Shown here one piece after another: positions 36,216-51,913 of a DNA stretch of 64,000 nucleotides (positions within the stretch are counted from its first letter, which is position 1; every line of letters starts with the position of its first letter). The DNA comes from Trichosphaerium sp. ATCC 40318 (Eukaryota; Protista; Tubulinea): NCBI GenBank assembly GCA_038496445.1, contig JALMLS010000516.1, positions 248,001-312,000 of the forward strand. Reading direction: 5' to 3'. Position numbers and translations under genes: made by a program. A model generated the notes under the pieces. The model was not told the origin of the DNA. It saw nothing but the letters and a program-made list of their open reading frames with translations, and did no database searches.

Positions 36216-39200
36216 ATGGCTGATGTTGAGCCTTCTCAAGTGCGTATTGGCAATGTACCTTATGCAGTACGTAACTCCACTAAAATATCATGCGGTCACT
36301 CACTGCGGTTTAAGGCCACAAGAGACACTTTACTTAGTTTTCTTGAACAACGGTATGGTATTATTGTTCTAGAGGTCAACATTATAACTAAGGGGTAAGT
36401 TTATATCTCTCAAAGGCGAAAACTTCGATGTGTTGATACAGTATGCAAAAAAACTGTAATTTGTCTCTGAGAGATGTACATTTTTGGAAGTTAAGTCTTT
36501 TTTTTTGTAGGCGTAGATGTTACGCTCTTGTTATTGTCACTGATGCGTCTATCTTATTGCGAAAAGGAAGAGACAAGTTTTTGAACCGCATGGTACGATA
36601 TCTTATCAACAAAACGAAAAAACGCTTAAAATCATCTAGATTTACTTTAGTAGAGTCAGAACACGTGCGAACCTTTTTGGTGTTTTTAACGACAATGGCC
36701 AGCAAAAGGGGATAAAGTTTAGTGTTAGCTCTTTTTCTATTGGGAGCATGAAAGATAAAACAATATTCTCACCTTGCTCCGTGTTTTGGAAAGCAAGTTC
36801 GAATGGAACTGAAAGCGTACTTAAGTTCGACAAGAAGAAAATCGTTTATACTATCAACCATCCACACCTATCGTTTAATATGAAGTATTCCCAAGTGGAT
36901 AAGATAGACTTCCACGAGAAGGGTCCTCATATGTTTGATGTTCTAGTACACGTGAAGTTCCCTCCCAAGCTGATTGCTAAGAAACAGAAAATAACAATCT
37001 TTGATTTCTTTACAAAGGACAAATATTGTCGTGCTGGTCCCACGTGGTTGAGACAAAAAAAGCTTAAACAGCTAAGTGGAGAGCTTGTATACCACTTTAA
37101 TACTACAATATATGCATTCAATATGAGCATGTGGGGTCAAGAAGAGACCGCAACGAGCGTATCGGATGGAACTATTGAAATGTTGTTTGCAAAATTGTTT
37201 GAAAAAGTAGGATCAAATACTAAAGTGAATCCCGTCAGCTCACTGCATATTACATCAATTAATCCAAGACGGTTCGGTTTATGCAATGAGTTTCCTTTCA
37301 AGGTTCGCTTTGCGTTAATGAAACTTGAAACTTGGGGCAATATCACGCTACGACTGGCAAGCGCACAGTTCTTTGCTATCATTTATGACTACCTTGAACA
37401 GTAAGTAACATTGCCTACGTGCGTGAAACTTACTTGTTGCTTTCTTTTGCTTAGAGGAAAAGAAGATGTCCTTGTAAATGCGTTGGACGAAATGTGGAAC
37501 TTCGATCAGTATATTGAAGATCCTGTTAAGGAGTTGACGTATTGGTTAGGGCAACCTTTTGTAAAACCAACACATGCACCTAACATGTGCTTGACGTACA
37601 GGTAATCAATGAATGCTTGTTCTAAAGTCCAGCTTAACTATTTCAAAGAGCAATTGTGACACATTTTAAAGTCTACCTTGTTGGTCCTAGGTGGGAACAA
37701 TCTAATAGAATACTACGAGAATACAACAGATTCCAAGAATACTTTTTGAGGGTATCATTTGCAGATGGTACATTTGGCATAGCAGTAGGTCAACTGTTCG
37801 CTTATACTCATTTAGACGACTTCAGCAAACTCAATTGCCGAGATTTAGGCACGTGTTTATTGCACTCGAAATGCTTGATGTTAATTAAGTACTGAGTATT
37901 GTATAGAAGATAACTGGATGGACATAAGGTTTCGTTGTGTTTTGAAGAAAGGTACTACATTGTTGTTGGATTTAAGGTTTTAATGTTCTTTAAGGATTAG
38001 GATTATGTGGGAGACTTTATAAGTTTCTTGCTTTTTCAACTTCGCAGCTCAGAGAAAATTCCTTTTGGATGGTTAGTGATAATGAGAACCATGCATTAAA
38101 CCCTGATATCATACGACTACAAATGGGAAACTTCGAGAATATTAAAATAGTAGGAAAATACGCTGCAAGGTAAGAACATCATGTGATTTGTACTTCTTCC
38201 CAAAAACACGTTTTGATCATCTATCCTTTCGTAACCATTGTTAGTTCTTCTTTTTTTAATTATAATATTAGGATGGGTCAGTGCTTTTCAGGAACCAACG
38301 ATACTATTGTTCTATCTGAAGATGGTGTAAAGTATATAAACGATGTTAAGATTACTGTTCCATTACCTAAGAAGGAATATGAAAAGAAGCTTAGAGAAGG
38401 TAAACTAGACGAACTGCTTATAGAGTATGTATTCTCTGATGGCATAGGTACATGCTAGTTTCAGCGATAGTACTTAGCAGTTGTAAAGGAAAAATAAGTA
38501 TGAAAACAGCTGAGAAGGTGGCTGCCAAACTAAATGTCAGAGAAGGCCATGTACCTTCCGCTTTTCAGGTATTACCCACAGCAACGTTAACCATAATTTA
38601 CTTGATATTCTAGATACGATTTGGTGGCTGTAAAGGGGTTGTGTCATTAGATCCTAAAATGAAAGACTGTGAAATCGCCATCAGACCAAGCATGAACAAG
38701 TTCCAATGTGAAAACAGACATTTTGAAGTATGCAGCCACACAAAACCCAACGTGATGTACCTCAACAGACAACTCATAAACTTGCTCAGTTTTCGAGAAA
38801 TTAAAGATGAGGTACCATTGAACAATCGAACCATTGTTTACGAATGTTCTAGGTGCTACTCGAAAGACAACAGTCACTGCTTGACAGTTTGGACAGTATT
38901 CTAGTTGATAGAGAGCAAGCAATCACTCTTCTAAATGGACAAAATACACAATATCTCATATGTAAGAGAGCGTTTGAGGCTGGCTTTGATGTGAATGATG
39001 CTTTCTTGAATGCAACACTAAAAGTATTGAGATACAGGCTCCTCAGAGACCTCAAGAAGAAGGCGAGGTATGTATACGTAATGTTTAATGTACTAAACTG
39101 ATTTCACCTTAGACTTCCAATACAGCCAAGTGAAGGCCGCCTTTTAATGGGTATCATGGACGAGACTGGCACTCTTGACTATGGACAAGTGTACATAAAT

Positions 39201-40733
39201 GTTACAAAAGATATACATGCAGATGTTCCATCGTATGTTGCCATCACTGGAAATATCGCTGTTGCCAAAAACCCAGCACTGGCTCCTGGTGACATGAGAG
39301 TACTGACTGCTGTTGGTAAAGTTGAAGCACTAGATCACTACAGAGATTGTATTGTCTTTCCATCAAAAGGTATAATAGTAAACTGATTGCTTACATTTTA
39401 CAGTGTTTGTAGGAAAGCGTCCACATCCAAGTGAATGTAGTGGTACGCTTAATTGATTCTTCAAATTCCATTCATATGTTGTAGGATCGGATCTTGATGG
39501 TGATATGTATCATGTTCTATTTGGAAAAAATCAGGATACTTCCAATCACTTTGGATCGAACCTTGTGCCCACGTATTGATACCACACGATAGAAGAACAA
39601 TAACCCTGTTTAGATCTCCAAATCCTGAAGCATTCTCGTATCAGAGCGCAATTCCTCCAGCACTGACAGAAGTTACAATTGACAGGGTTTGTGACTTCTT
39701 CGTTGATTTTGCAATGAACGAAAACTTGGGTGTCATTGCGAATGCACACGTGCGTTCCTCATGAAAGTTTCAATCTGATATTAAAGAAAAATAGCTTGTT
39801 CTGGCTGACATTTATGGGCTGGACCACGAGAACTGTATTCGCCTGGCAGAGCTGCACTCAGACGCTGTTGACTTCCCAAAGTCAGGCAAACCTGCCACAA
39901 TGCCTACAGAACTCAAACCCACTAATTATCCTCATTTTATGGCAAAGAAGGATAAGGGAGAATACAAGAGTGAAAGAGTTTTAGGGAAGCTATACGACCA
40001 AGTCAAAGTGAAAAAATACGATCTACCAAACAAATATGATAAAGACTCTATTGCTGGTTGTTTTGATAATGACTTTAAAAGTGCGTAACACTCTTATAAG
40101 ACAACTCAACCTGATATGATATATTTCTTAGAGCACGTGGATTTCAACGTGCTTTCTGAGGCACAAGTTGTGTTCAGAGGATACTTAGAGAAAATAAAGA
40201 GGTTGATGAAACAGTTTGGTATTAGACATGAAGCAGAGATTATTGTTGGTGATATCATACGTGCTCATGGTGCCTATGTACGTCTTAAGCACAAACATTG
40301 GTCTGTTCGTAAGGAAATTGTGAAGGTACCTTATAAACTGAGTGTATTTCTGAATAACATCGTAATGTTTGTTTCAATAAAGAGCTTTCATCCCATCAAG
40401 AAGTCAGCACAAAAGCAGTTTTGGAAACCATTCCGACAACAGCTCGCTTCTAAGAATCTGGGAGAACAAGAAATTGGAACCATGGCATCAGCGGTACCAA
40501 CACATTCGTTAATAAGTACAATATATCTGACTTGTTACACTATCAAGATATCGGATAGAGCTATCGCATTCTACAATGCAGCGTACCGTGAATGTGAGCT
40601 ATACAATCGTAGTCACACGTCGGTGTTGAGTTTTCCATGGGTTGCATGTGGTCGCGTCATGTGCCTGATAAAGAAGAAATCAAAGCCAATTGAGTTTGTC
40701 AACCTTGGTAAACTCATACGTACTGGTTTATAA
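36216..40733 (+). CDS. RNA-dependent RNA polymerase, cellular RNAi type (RDR/QDE-1 family), copy 1, apparently intact
   Basis: SNRILR, FLAFSTSQLRE, KYAARMGQCFS, FSDGIG, PSAFQIRFGGCKGV, LMGIMDETGTL, KNPALAPGD, RPHPSECSGSDLDGD, LAELHSDAVDFPKSG. A final intron after ~40708 could extend the CDS to ~40871. Confidence 0.95.
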
Positions 40734-40941
40734 ACATTCAATCTCAATATATTCTCAACATCAACGCAATACAACTCACATCTAGAAAACTCCTTCAACT
40801 GTGCATCACATATCATTGCTTCCACGTCAACAACTAGTTTCTTAGCTCTCTATCGTCAATTCAAACAGTAAAGAATATGTGTAGTAAGCCAATAAAAAAA
40901 ACAAAAGATTTCTATTTCTGAAACTATTTATTCTACTGTCC

Positions 40942-42428
<1,487 letters not shown>

Positions 42429-42648
42429 CACTGCTTATGGTCACTCGGTCACAAAGGCGTAATATTGTGCAATTTTTGACTTCTAAAACAAGAGCGGAGA
42501 CAATCATTTTATCTGGCGTCAAGTGCAGTCATTTTCTGTTTTTCTTGATCAATACCAGGTTCATAACCATTTGTTTTGAAGAAGAGTTAGCTCGTTCATC
42601 ACAAAACCCGCGTTGGTTGTGTCTTTGTGAAATACACTAACAATAGCA

Positions 42649-45357
42649 ATGGAAACCCAAAACGCGAAACTGAAGCTGTTAAACTTCTTTTTGAAGTTTA
42701 AAAACCATGGAGAACCATCTGTAGAGGATATTATAACAATATTACGCCAAAGAGATAGAAGGCGTTCTATGTCCAAAATGTCTATTTCTTTGCCTAATCT
42801 AAGCGAATTTATAAGCACACAGGTATCAGAAGGTACCGTTAGTGAAAGATCTATTCTCGTTACTTTTTACATTCTTACGATGACACGCCCTTCACTTGTA
42901 CTTCTCATTACTTACTTTTATCATAGTGAACGCAAACAACTTGCATGGGAAATTCTGTGGCGGCACTTTTTATGGCGCTACAACGAAGGGAGTAGCAACG
43001 GGTGTACCTGATACGTTGTCAGCTCCTGCGCCAAAGATATCAAAGAGGCATCGATCATTTAACGTTGAAAAAAAGCAAAACGACGCGGAAGGTCCGAATT
43101 TTAAGCTTCTAGCACAACGGTTGAAGCAAGCAAAGAAGCGTAAAGAAGAAGCCGCAGCTGCACACGCAGAGAAAAGAAAGCGCCTTCGTAAATCGGTCCG
43201 CGAAACGAAACTTGTATTTTTGCTCAACAAAAACTCTTTCTTTGTATTTCTTTCGTATGGTAGCGTTACGTTGTAGATTCTAACGTTGAATTTTAGTCAA
43301 AGGTAAGGCGATTAACAAAGAGAAGTAAGAGACAATCAATGCCTGCTCAAGTACCTCGTTCACGAACAATGGAACCCAAAGGATGGGAACCAGCTAGTAA
43401 ATCGCTCAAGTTGAGCATTTCAAAACGGTCCAAAACTAAAAAAAAGTCTCCTGAGCCATCAGCGAGGAAACAACGTTCAGTAAGTTTTTTCCCTTGCTTT
43501 GAAGCAATACATATTCTAAAATACCTGTTTTTTTCGTAGCAAAGCACTGTTCCGCCAAAACTAGGCCATCACAAGCATAAGTGGCGCTCAAACACAAGCC
43601 TAGTGTATGATAAATCTATGCATAACAAAACTGATCTACTGCGATATCTGGAGTCTTCGGAAGGTGCGAATATTTTTTATTTTGTTTTAACAAATTCGGT
43701 TTCTTTTTTTGGATAAATGCTCCAAAAGAACTGGAGTTCTCCAGAAAATAAAGCAATGGTTTGTTTGATTTTGCGTTCTTTACCTAACCTATGCTCTTTA
43801 TTATAGATTTGTCTCAAGTTCATGTTGCTGACATGAAGACGCTTATTTTATTTGCTCTCAAGTCTGGAACGAGTAAATCGTTTTGTACGCACCCCTATTA
43901 AAACGAATGTTGTACACGATGTTGCTTACAGTTCGTTTTAGATAAAAGTCTAACTAAAATTATTTTGTTGACATACAACAAATATATGAGCTCAATGGAG
44001 TTCTTAGAATATCTTATTACACTATTGGAAGCTGATCTTGTTAAAAATAAACAAGAGAGACAGCATTTTAGCTTGGGAACGCCGTTTCGGTACAAACAAA
44101 CGATTTTTTTTTGTGAATACTCAATCACCTTTAGTATTGCGCAAATGATGGAGTTATGGGTTTCTACCCATTTTAGATTTGATATGCTCAATAACAAAGC
44201 ACTACTAGATAAGATAGGCAACCTTGTAAAGGAGAATGTTGCTGTCTTTGAAGTGATTGATATAGCTTTAAAAGAGGTAATAAACGATAAGAAACATAGT
44301 TACATATCATTGTTCAACGTAACTGGCAACTAGGAAATAGAAAGCGCTGATAGTATTCTACAAGTGCCAAATGCTTATAGAAAAGCTTTAAAGCACAATA
44401 AGCCACCATCCCTACATCAAGCACACAAATGTTTCTCTAAAATAAGTGTTGAGAACGCAGCACTACAACTTGTTCAGTTCGAAGCATTGCTGTTTTCTGC
44501 AATGTCTTCTAAGGAATGGGTTGAGTACGCTTACGCTAAACCAAAGGAAGAAAACCTTTTACGCTTGTTCACGCAGTGGTCAAACAAGGTACGCCCAATA
44601 ACCAACGCGTTGGGTTTGCTTTATTTTATTTTTTGTAGTATGCTTTCTTTTTTGTTACTGTTGCTTACCCTTACCCTACTGTAGCTTTCTGCGTCGATAG
44701 CTACGCTTGTTGTCTCAGGTAAAACTTCACGTGTACGCGCTCAATTGATAAAAAAGTTTGTTGATATCGCACTCATGTGTCGCACGTATAAAGCGTACAA
44801 CGTCGTTATGGAAATTGTTGGTACGCATTTTTGTTTTTTTTCCTGACGCGTAGTCTACTCGCTTACTAACGTGCTCTGTTGTAGTCGCAATAAATAATCC
44901 TGCAGTATCGCGTCTGTCGAAAACACTTAAGGCAGTGCCCTCTGAGACGAAGAAAAAGTTGAAAGAGCTAGAAGAGCTAGTATCTCCTATTAATAACTAC
45001 GGGAAGTACCGTAAGGCGCTAGATGGAACAGTAGCAGTAGTAATTCCATTTGTCGCCTTGTACATAAAGGATTTGGTACTTCTCAGCGAAACAACTGATC
45101 CAACCGTTATGGTAGAAGGAAAACGGTGTTTGAACCTAGAATGGCCACAATTACTCACTAAGATCATGGCTGATATCGAAGGACATCAAGTAAAGTCCAG
45201 AAGATACGAGCAAGTGCTTAAGAAGCATATAATCAGGACAGAAGGGAGGTTTATTTGTCCTGATACGAAAAAGTACTTTACAAATCTCGCCACTTTGGAT
45301 GAAGATAAATTATGGGACCTATCACGTCTACAAGAACCTCCTGTTCGTAAAAAATAA
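42649..45357 (+). CDS. Ras guanine nucleotide exchange factor (REM + CDC25 domains)
   Basis: ILLTYNKYMSSMEFLEYL, AALQLVQFEALLFSAM, RAQLIKKFVDIA, YNVVMEIV, INNPAVSRLSKT, LVSPINNYGKYR, VIPFVALYIKDL, LWDLSRLQEP. Confidence 0.9.
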
Positions 45358-45888
45358 TCAGTGACCAGTGACCCCCTTTTTTGTATTGATTTTTAAAGAT
45401 CAAGATCAAGAATTTATCAACAAGGTTGTCACAAAATGTATGTAAACAAATAGAAACAAAAGTACCATAAATAAATTACAACAACAAATATTAAAAGAAA
45501 GTAAAAATATCTTACTCTCTCTTTCGTCTACGCGCTTTTGTGGGTCCGCATTTCTACGACATTGTTTTACGGCGCTTGTCACGTGACCAGATGTAAAAAA
45601 AACTTGAGAACTTTTTTACTTGAGGCTTTGAGATAAAACTTTTGACATCACTTGAGTACATTTTGGTGGATGTCAACATAACAAAAACATACATCTTTAC
45701 ATCTATTAAGTATAGAACCTTTGATACCCTTACTATACGATAAAAAAACTAAGTTTAGTGGTGAGGTAATGTCACTATGGGAGTAAAAAAATGTTGATGA
45801 TGTCTTTTTTTTTTTATTTACAATTTGAAAATAAGATATTCTGTACATGAAGTTATCGAGTAATAAATATCACCATCGCATTTCGCTC

Positions 45889-46905
45889 TTACGGTATTAC
45901 CGTTTTGTTTTTACAAGTTAGCGTAAGCGATGAGAACACGGTATAGCTGCTGTGAATCAATACTCGTGTACTCAGGAAAGAAGTACTGATGCATTCCACA
46001 ACTGTACCCTGAAATAGGTACGCCTTCAACATGTTGGAGTGTTTGTTGTATAAGATTATAAGCTTTCCTCCATTCTCTATACTTCTTTGGTAGTATCGTA
46101 AAAGTCCATGGTCTATCTTGTTTTCTGTTATCATTGATTTTAACCCATCTACGATAAGCGTGTTAGCCCAAAATAGCTTTATTTTTGTAATCGTATCACT
46201 TGATAACAAAAAAAACTTGTGAAGCAAAAAAAAAACGTAGGGAGCGAAATGCGATGATGATTTTTTTTTAGGTTGTCAAAGTAATAAAAAAACAATTGTT
46301 ACCTTCTCATGGCTTTGTATCGATGGTAGTCTGATACTTGTGTAGTTTCTTTTTCTGACAAGAATACGCGAAGGCTAAACATAAATAATTTGTGATTCCT
46401 AGCAAGCTGTTAGCGCTATCAATCGCGTAAAGAGTATAAATGATGCGATAACACACTTTTTTCACTAATGTTTTTTCCATTGTTTTTTTTTGTTGGTGAC
46501 AAAAAAACTTTCGATGTTAACGTACGATACTACAAAAGTGTTTTCGACATCTGTTGATTCCACACCCAATTGATGAGAAATAGCCATATTGAGAGCATAT
46601 AAAACTGGTGCTGGACTTCGGCCAAAAAGATTTACACAAAAAGGTTTGTAGATTAATTTGAAGTCTTTGTTAGAAACAGGTTGCTCTGGTTCTTCATGGC
46701 GTGGTGGAGGCTCGATAAAGAATACAGGAGAACTCATACGACACGTGGATGCTTCTTGCAAGTCTAGTGTATAAGCTTGAGTGTAGTACTAATTGTTGTT
46801 AGCATCAGAATTCTGGCAGCTTTTAAAGTGTATATATTTTATTATTATAAGTGCGTATGTACTAACCTTGTTTGTAGGGTACTGTGGGTATGTGTTATAG
46901 TCCAT
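45889..46905 (-). CDS. Multi-exon hypothetical protein
   Basis: Exon-like ORFs at ~46520-46765, ~46303-46374 and 45889-46201 joined by GT-AG introns; no family recognised. Confidence 0.45.
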
Positions 46906-48788
46906 AGATGATTGTTCTTGAGGTGCTTTCTTGATGAGGTAAGAAGTTAATTAACAAGGGTTCCCGGTGACAACATCGGAAGTTCTCTAAGTGTTGCTGC
47001 GAACGGAACTTCGAATGCACATAGAACGATTTTTTCATCACGTATCACGCCAGTCTGAGTACCAAGCGTTTAGTAGAGTATTATTAAAGGCGTCTAATAT
47101 TAGTGTTGTGCAGCATAAAAGTATACTGCAAAACTCCACTAAAGCGTTCGCTTGTGCTTACGTGTTTGATCATCTTGGCCATTTTTATTGATAGATACAA
47201 AAAAGAAAAAAAAAACATGCGAAGTGCCAAAGAATAAATTGTCAAGCAAAAGTCGCAATCGTGAGAGAAAAAAAAGGAAGCTAGAGGTACACTAATAATA
47301 AAAGACGTAGATAGGAACACTTTGGTTTACGGCACCCGAGTAAGGTACTTTTTATTACGTACTTGGATGCTGCACACGTGAACTGTTATTATTTTCAATG
47401 TTATAACGCGTAGGGGACAGTCTATGGGGTATTATTAAGGTTGTTTTACCATTTTTTAGTCAATATTCTCTTTTTAAGTTTACGGAAGTACCAAAAAACA
47501 TGTTTAGGAACAAATAGCACAACATTAATGTAATCCTAATTACGCCTTTTTTTTTTTTTTCCTTTTGGCCAATCACGTGATATTTTTTTTTCAAGCGTTG
47601 TTTGTTAAAGAAATAGGAGGTTTTTGATTCTTTTGTTATTCCTAAGTGTTATAACGCTATACAATCGCTTATACTCAATGAATCTTTTGGAGCTTCTTCA
47701 AAAAAACTAAGACTCTGTGCAGGTTTTTAGGGTGCTTCCGAAGTTTTTGTTTAACATTGTTGTTGGCGAATCTAAGACAACTGTTGTTCGGGAGCTAATA
47801 CTTTTTTACCCTACATGTCTTCCTGAGCCCATCGCAACAGCTACAGGTAGCGTACTTCAGCACTTAACGAACGATAGTAAAACTATGAAGGTAAAAAAGT
47901 GTATTGGTCATGAGTGAAAGAAAAAGTCCATAACAACTTTTCTGAACATATTTAGTGATGTTTTCCGTTTTCGCCATGGCTCACATGAAATAAGGTTCAT
48001 TGTTATAATTCTATTGTCATCAAAGCGTGTTGGTTGGGGGAAGAAACATAGATGCAATGGGATCATCAGAGAACGTCATTAGATTTGGTATTGTTTCTTG
48101 TTGTTTAAATGTTAACTGTCCACGTTAACACGTTTTTCCTTTTGCAGAATTCTACAAAAAATAACCCCACACACGTTAGGATATTACTATGGTTAAAAGC
48201 GTTTCTGCGTGTGGTTAACGCTCACTTTGAAAGACGAGGCTTCTATGGCAAAAGTCACAGACGTGCAATTTTATAAGAGTGCGAATCAGGCTTATCAAAC
48301 TGCTCCACCTTGCGAACAACACGCGAAACCAACACGTGAAATATGCGCTCTGAAGTATGGGGTTGTACATTATTATTTAAATGCTGAGTGAAGTCGCAGA
48401 ATGATTTGCAATTGAGTGAATTTTTTGATTGATAAGAGTCCTTGGTTAAGTTCAGATGATGTTTCACTTAGTAGCCATTTATTCAAGTGCACATCAACAC
48501 CAAGTGTACTCTACAACATACAGTACGTTATATCCACTTAAACAGCTTTTACAACGACCTATCTCACAAATCAAATATTTCGTTTTAATCAATCACTTTG
48601 CAATGTCTTTACAAAAAAGACGTTGAAAATAGTACTCAGTGTACAACCGTTTCGTTTTTGACATTTTCACTTTCGTTAAAACCGTTTTTGAGGAAAAGTC
48701 AATTTTTTTTCACACAAAAATAACAAATTATTCCTTTTACAGTATCAAAACTCTTTTCTGTTGCGCGCACATTGTCTTTGTTATCCCA

Positions 48789-51700
48789 ATGGAGTCAATA
48801 AGCAAGCTCCAGTTCATAGGGATGAGGGTTAAAATTTATTGGCCCGCTGAGGGTATAACCAACATTGCTTACCTTCATTACGTCCAAAAAAGCTAATGCA
48901 CCTTTAGAAGCGTTTTTTAAAGGAACAATAGTTGCATACGGTATGAACAAGTCTAACAAGCGCGGTTACTACAAAATAGGTACGTAAGAGAGCCTTAAAC
49001 GCTCTTGGACGAAATTATTACCACTTTTTATTTACACAGTCCTTACAGTCTACGACGATGGAGATACTTCATACGAGCGTCAACCAGTACATCCAAGTAC
49101 GTAAAGCAAAGAAAAAGAAAATCAATCAGTTCTACGCGAAAACTCCTAATACTTTCATACACACCTATTAAACGGCCCAGTAGCGTGTATAAGTATCAAT
49201 ACGATTTGCGTAGTCTGTTTTATTTTTTTTTATATTCTGAATACCGCTTACACTTCTTTTTCAGGCCGCGGAGAACGTTTCCTTGACGAGAATGATATGG
49301 ATATAGACGCAACAAATTGGCGCGAGATTGAAACTTTAATGCGCAACAATCCACCAAAAAGGTCTAAAGAAGAGTTTTTTGATTTATTCGGAGACTCTGG
49401 TTCTGATAGTGCTGGTACTTATTTTATATAATACCTACGTTATAAACTAATATATATACGCTATTTAGAAGCATCTCCAAGCAGAAGAGAAGTCACAAAA
49501 CGAAAACAGAATTTCAAAAAAAATTCGAGACCATCAAAAAAACAACGTGTCAGGTAGATTAGATTTAACTCTCTATTGTCTTCGTAGTACTTACATTACT
49601 TCTTGTTATAGCACCACAACGCACGTGAACCGTGAAAATAAAACATCACCAAAGAAGAAGCTAGTTCGCATTGACATAGACCAATCAAGCTCTGAGAGCT
49701 CTGGAGAAGAATGGGGTCCCAAAAGCGTTCAGCTCGCACGAAAAAGTAAGAAAAAAAAATCCGAAAGCTTTCCTTTCTTCCTGCGATTTTCTCACTCTCT
49801 TTAGAACAAAAGCTTGCAAGGAAGATGCAACAAGGTCCCCGTATCTACAAGAGCAGCTACAAAGACAAAAGGAAGCTCGACGAAGCCAAAACGAGTTGCA
49901 GCACCAAGTTGGTTAGTAGAAGACTCACCAAAGCAACCTTCATTGGTAAAGTTACGAAAATCGTTACCACGTACAAAGACAGTTGTCAAAAAACACGTGT
50001 CTTCCTTCGATGATTACAGGCGTTCTGAACCATCTCAGTCGCACTCTCCTCGATCGTACCCACCACAGGAAGCACGTACAACAACACCACGAAGGCGACA
50101 ACAACAAGTGAGGTTATTGGATATAAAACCTGAACCAACAGTAGTCAGAGAAAGTGTTCGTGACCTAAGTGTACCTCAAAGACTCAACAGAGAACAACCA
50201 CTAAACTCTATCAGCTATAATACTGATACCAGACGTAAAGAACCAGACACCAAAGCCAGTATTCCAGCGATAAACCAGAAATTAACTTCTCATCCTCAGT
50301 TTTCAAGAATTTGGGGTAAACTGAAAAACTTTGATCCTAAAGCAGCTAGAGAAAAACGTCTTACCAAAAAACAGAATGATGTGAATAGTAGTTGGGCTAA
50401 TCAATCACATTATAACAAGAAGCCTATAAGTGGATACCAAGGACTAGGAAGTCACTTATCACAAGTATCAGGTGGCGGTAGTGGTAAGACCTCTTTTCTT
50501 TTTCTTTCTTTTTTTTTTTGATCAATCTTCCTTTTTTTTGTTCTTTGCTCTTACTTATTTTTTAGTTGCTTATGCTGCCCGTCACACACCAAATGTAAAT
50601 TATAACAGACCCCCAGATGCACCAGTAGACCCGTCTACATTATATCCACCACCGTCGTCATACAACAACAGCAATAACAACAGGAGACAATCAAGCTCGA
50701 ATTATTCTCAAAATTATGAGCCAAAAAGAACGTCTCCTCCTCAAGTTCAGCAACCAAAACCAAAGCGTAGATTATCTGGTATAGATGCTAAGATTGCTAT
50801 TATACAGAAGGAGAGAACACGAATAATCCAAGTGCTCAATATTCCTCCAAATGTGACTGCTTTGGATGTTGAGCTATTTTTCGCGGAATGTTCACAAAAG
50901 CCATCCACAGTTAGAGTTAATTTAGATAATGGAAAACCTTCCCAGCTATTAGTAGAATTCCAAAGCGTAGAGGTACGTACTCTTACAAGATTTCTAATCT
51001 TGATACGAGGAGCACAGTATACTCTCTTTTGATTTTTTTTCTGATTTCTTGGATTTAGGACACAATTATTGCAACGAGAACAGGAGATAATAAAGAACTT
51101 CTCCCTGGAACTCGACCTGTAATTATCTTTCCTGTAAAATCTAGTGATCACAGCCGTAAACAAACCAAAGTTCTACCACCTTACGGTCTCGGTAAGTTCA
51201 CTAAAAACGAAACTTTTCAAAAGTTTTTGTTGTACAAATCTAACAAAACTTTCTTCTCTAGGCAAGTATTCTCTTAATGCTTTCAAAGTCAATGTACGTA
51301 ATATCGCAACAAAGACTACACGTGCAGATTTGGTCGATTTCTTTGAAGAGTATGGCTTGATTGTGTACGTGAATACAGAAGAGATTATCAATCGGAATAA
51401 ATCAACTAACTTTTTTACAATAGAACTGCAATCTATGGATTACATGATACTTGTCGTGTTGCATTTGTTTATTTTGAGTCTGAGGACCATACAATAACAG
51501 CAGCATCTTTCAACCATCGTATGTTACACGGTAAATTACTAGTCGTACAACGAGTAGAACTAGATCCTGAACAAATAGCTGAGAAGAGAGATTTAGATGT
51601 ACGTTTTTTTTTTCTCTTTTTTTAAGTTTTTTTCTCGTGAAAAAACACGTGCCATGAATTCCCACAGTGTTAACTCTTTGTATACATCTCTGTAATCAAA

Positions 51701-51913
51701 TCCGCTGACTTTTGTTTTTAGGAACGTATTCATAACCTTCGTATCGCTAGATCTCAAGGAAGAAGAATACCTTCAATGCCTCGTACTCCTCGTCGTGATC
51801 CTTCCACTTCTAGTCATCAATATAGTAATATCCCTAATGAATGGGGTCTTGCTGGTCAATTATTTGGTGATAGCAATGATGACAATAGCTTTGCCAAATA
51901 CAAGCACTTGTAA
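48789..51913 (+). CDS. Tudor-like N-terminal domain, low-complexity linker and two RRM domains
   Basis: IGMRVKIYWPAE..FFKGTIVAY..VYDDGD (Tudor-like); IIQVLNIPPNVTALDVELFF...LLVEFQSVE and VNVRNIATKTTRADLVDFFEEYG...FNHRMLHGKLLVVQ (RRMs). Confidence 0.75.

Noticed and set aside
36216-40733. Endogenous RNA-virus polymerase
   Set aside because: The DLDGD double-psi barrel motif and many introns identify a cellular RNAi RdRP, not a viral GDD palm enzyme.
47680-48400. Short plus-strand multi-exon gene
   Set aside because: No start codon or recognisable homology; unsupported.
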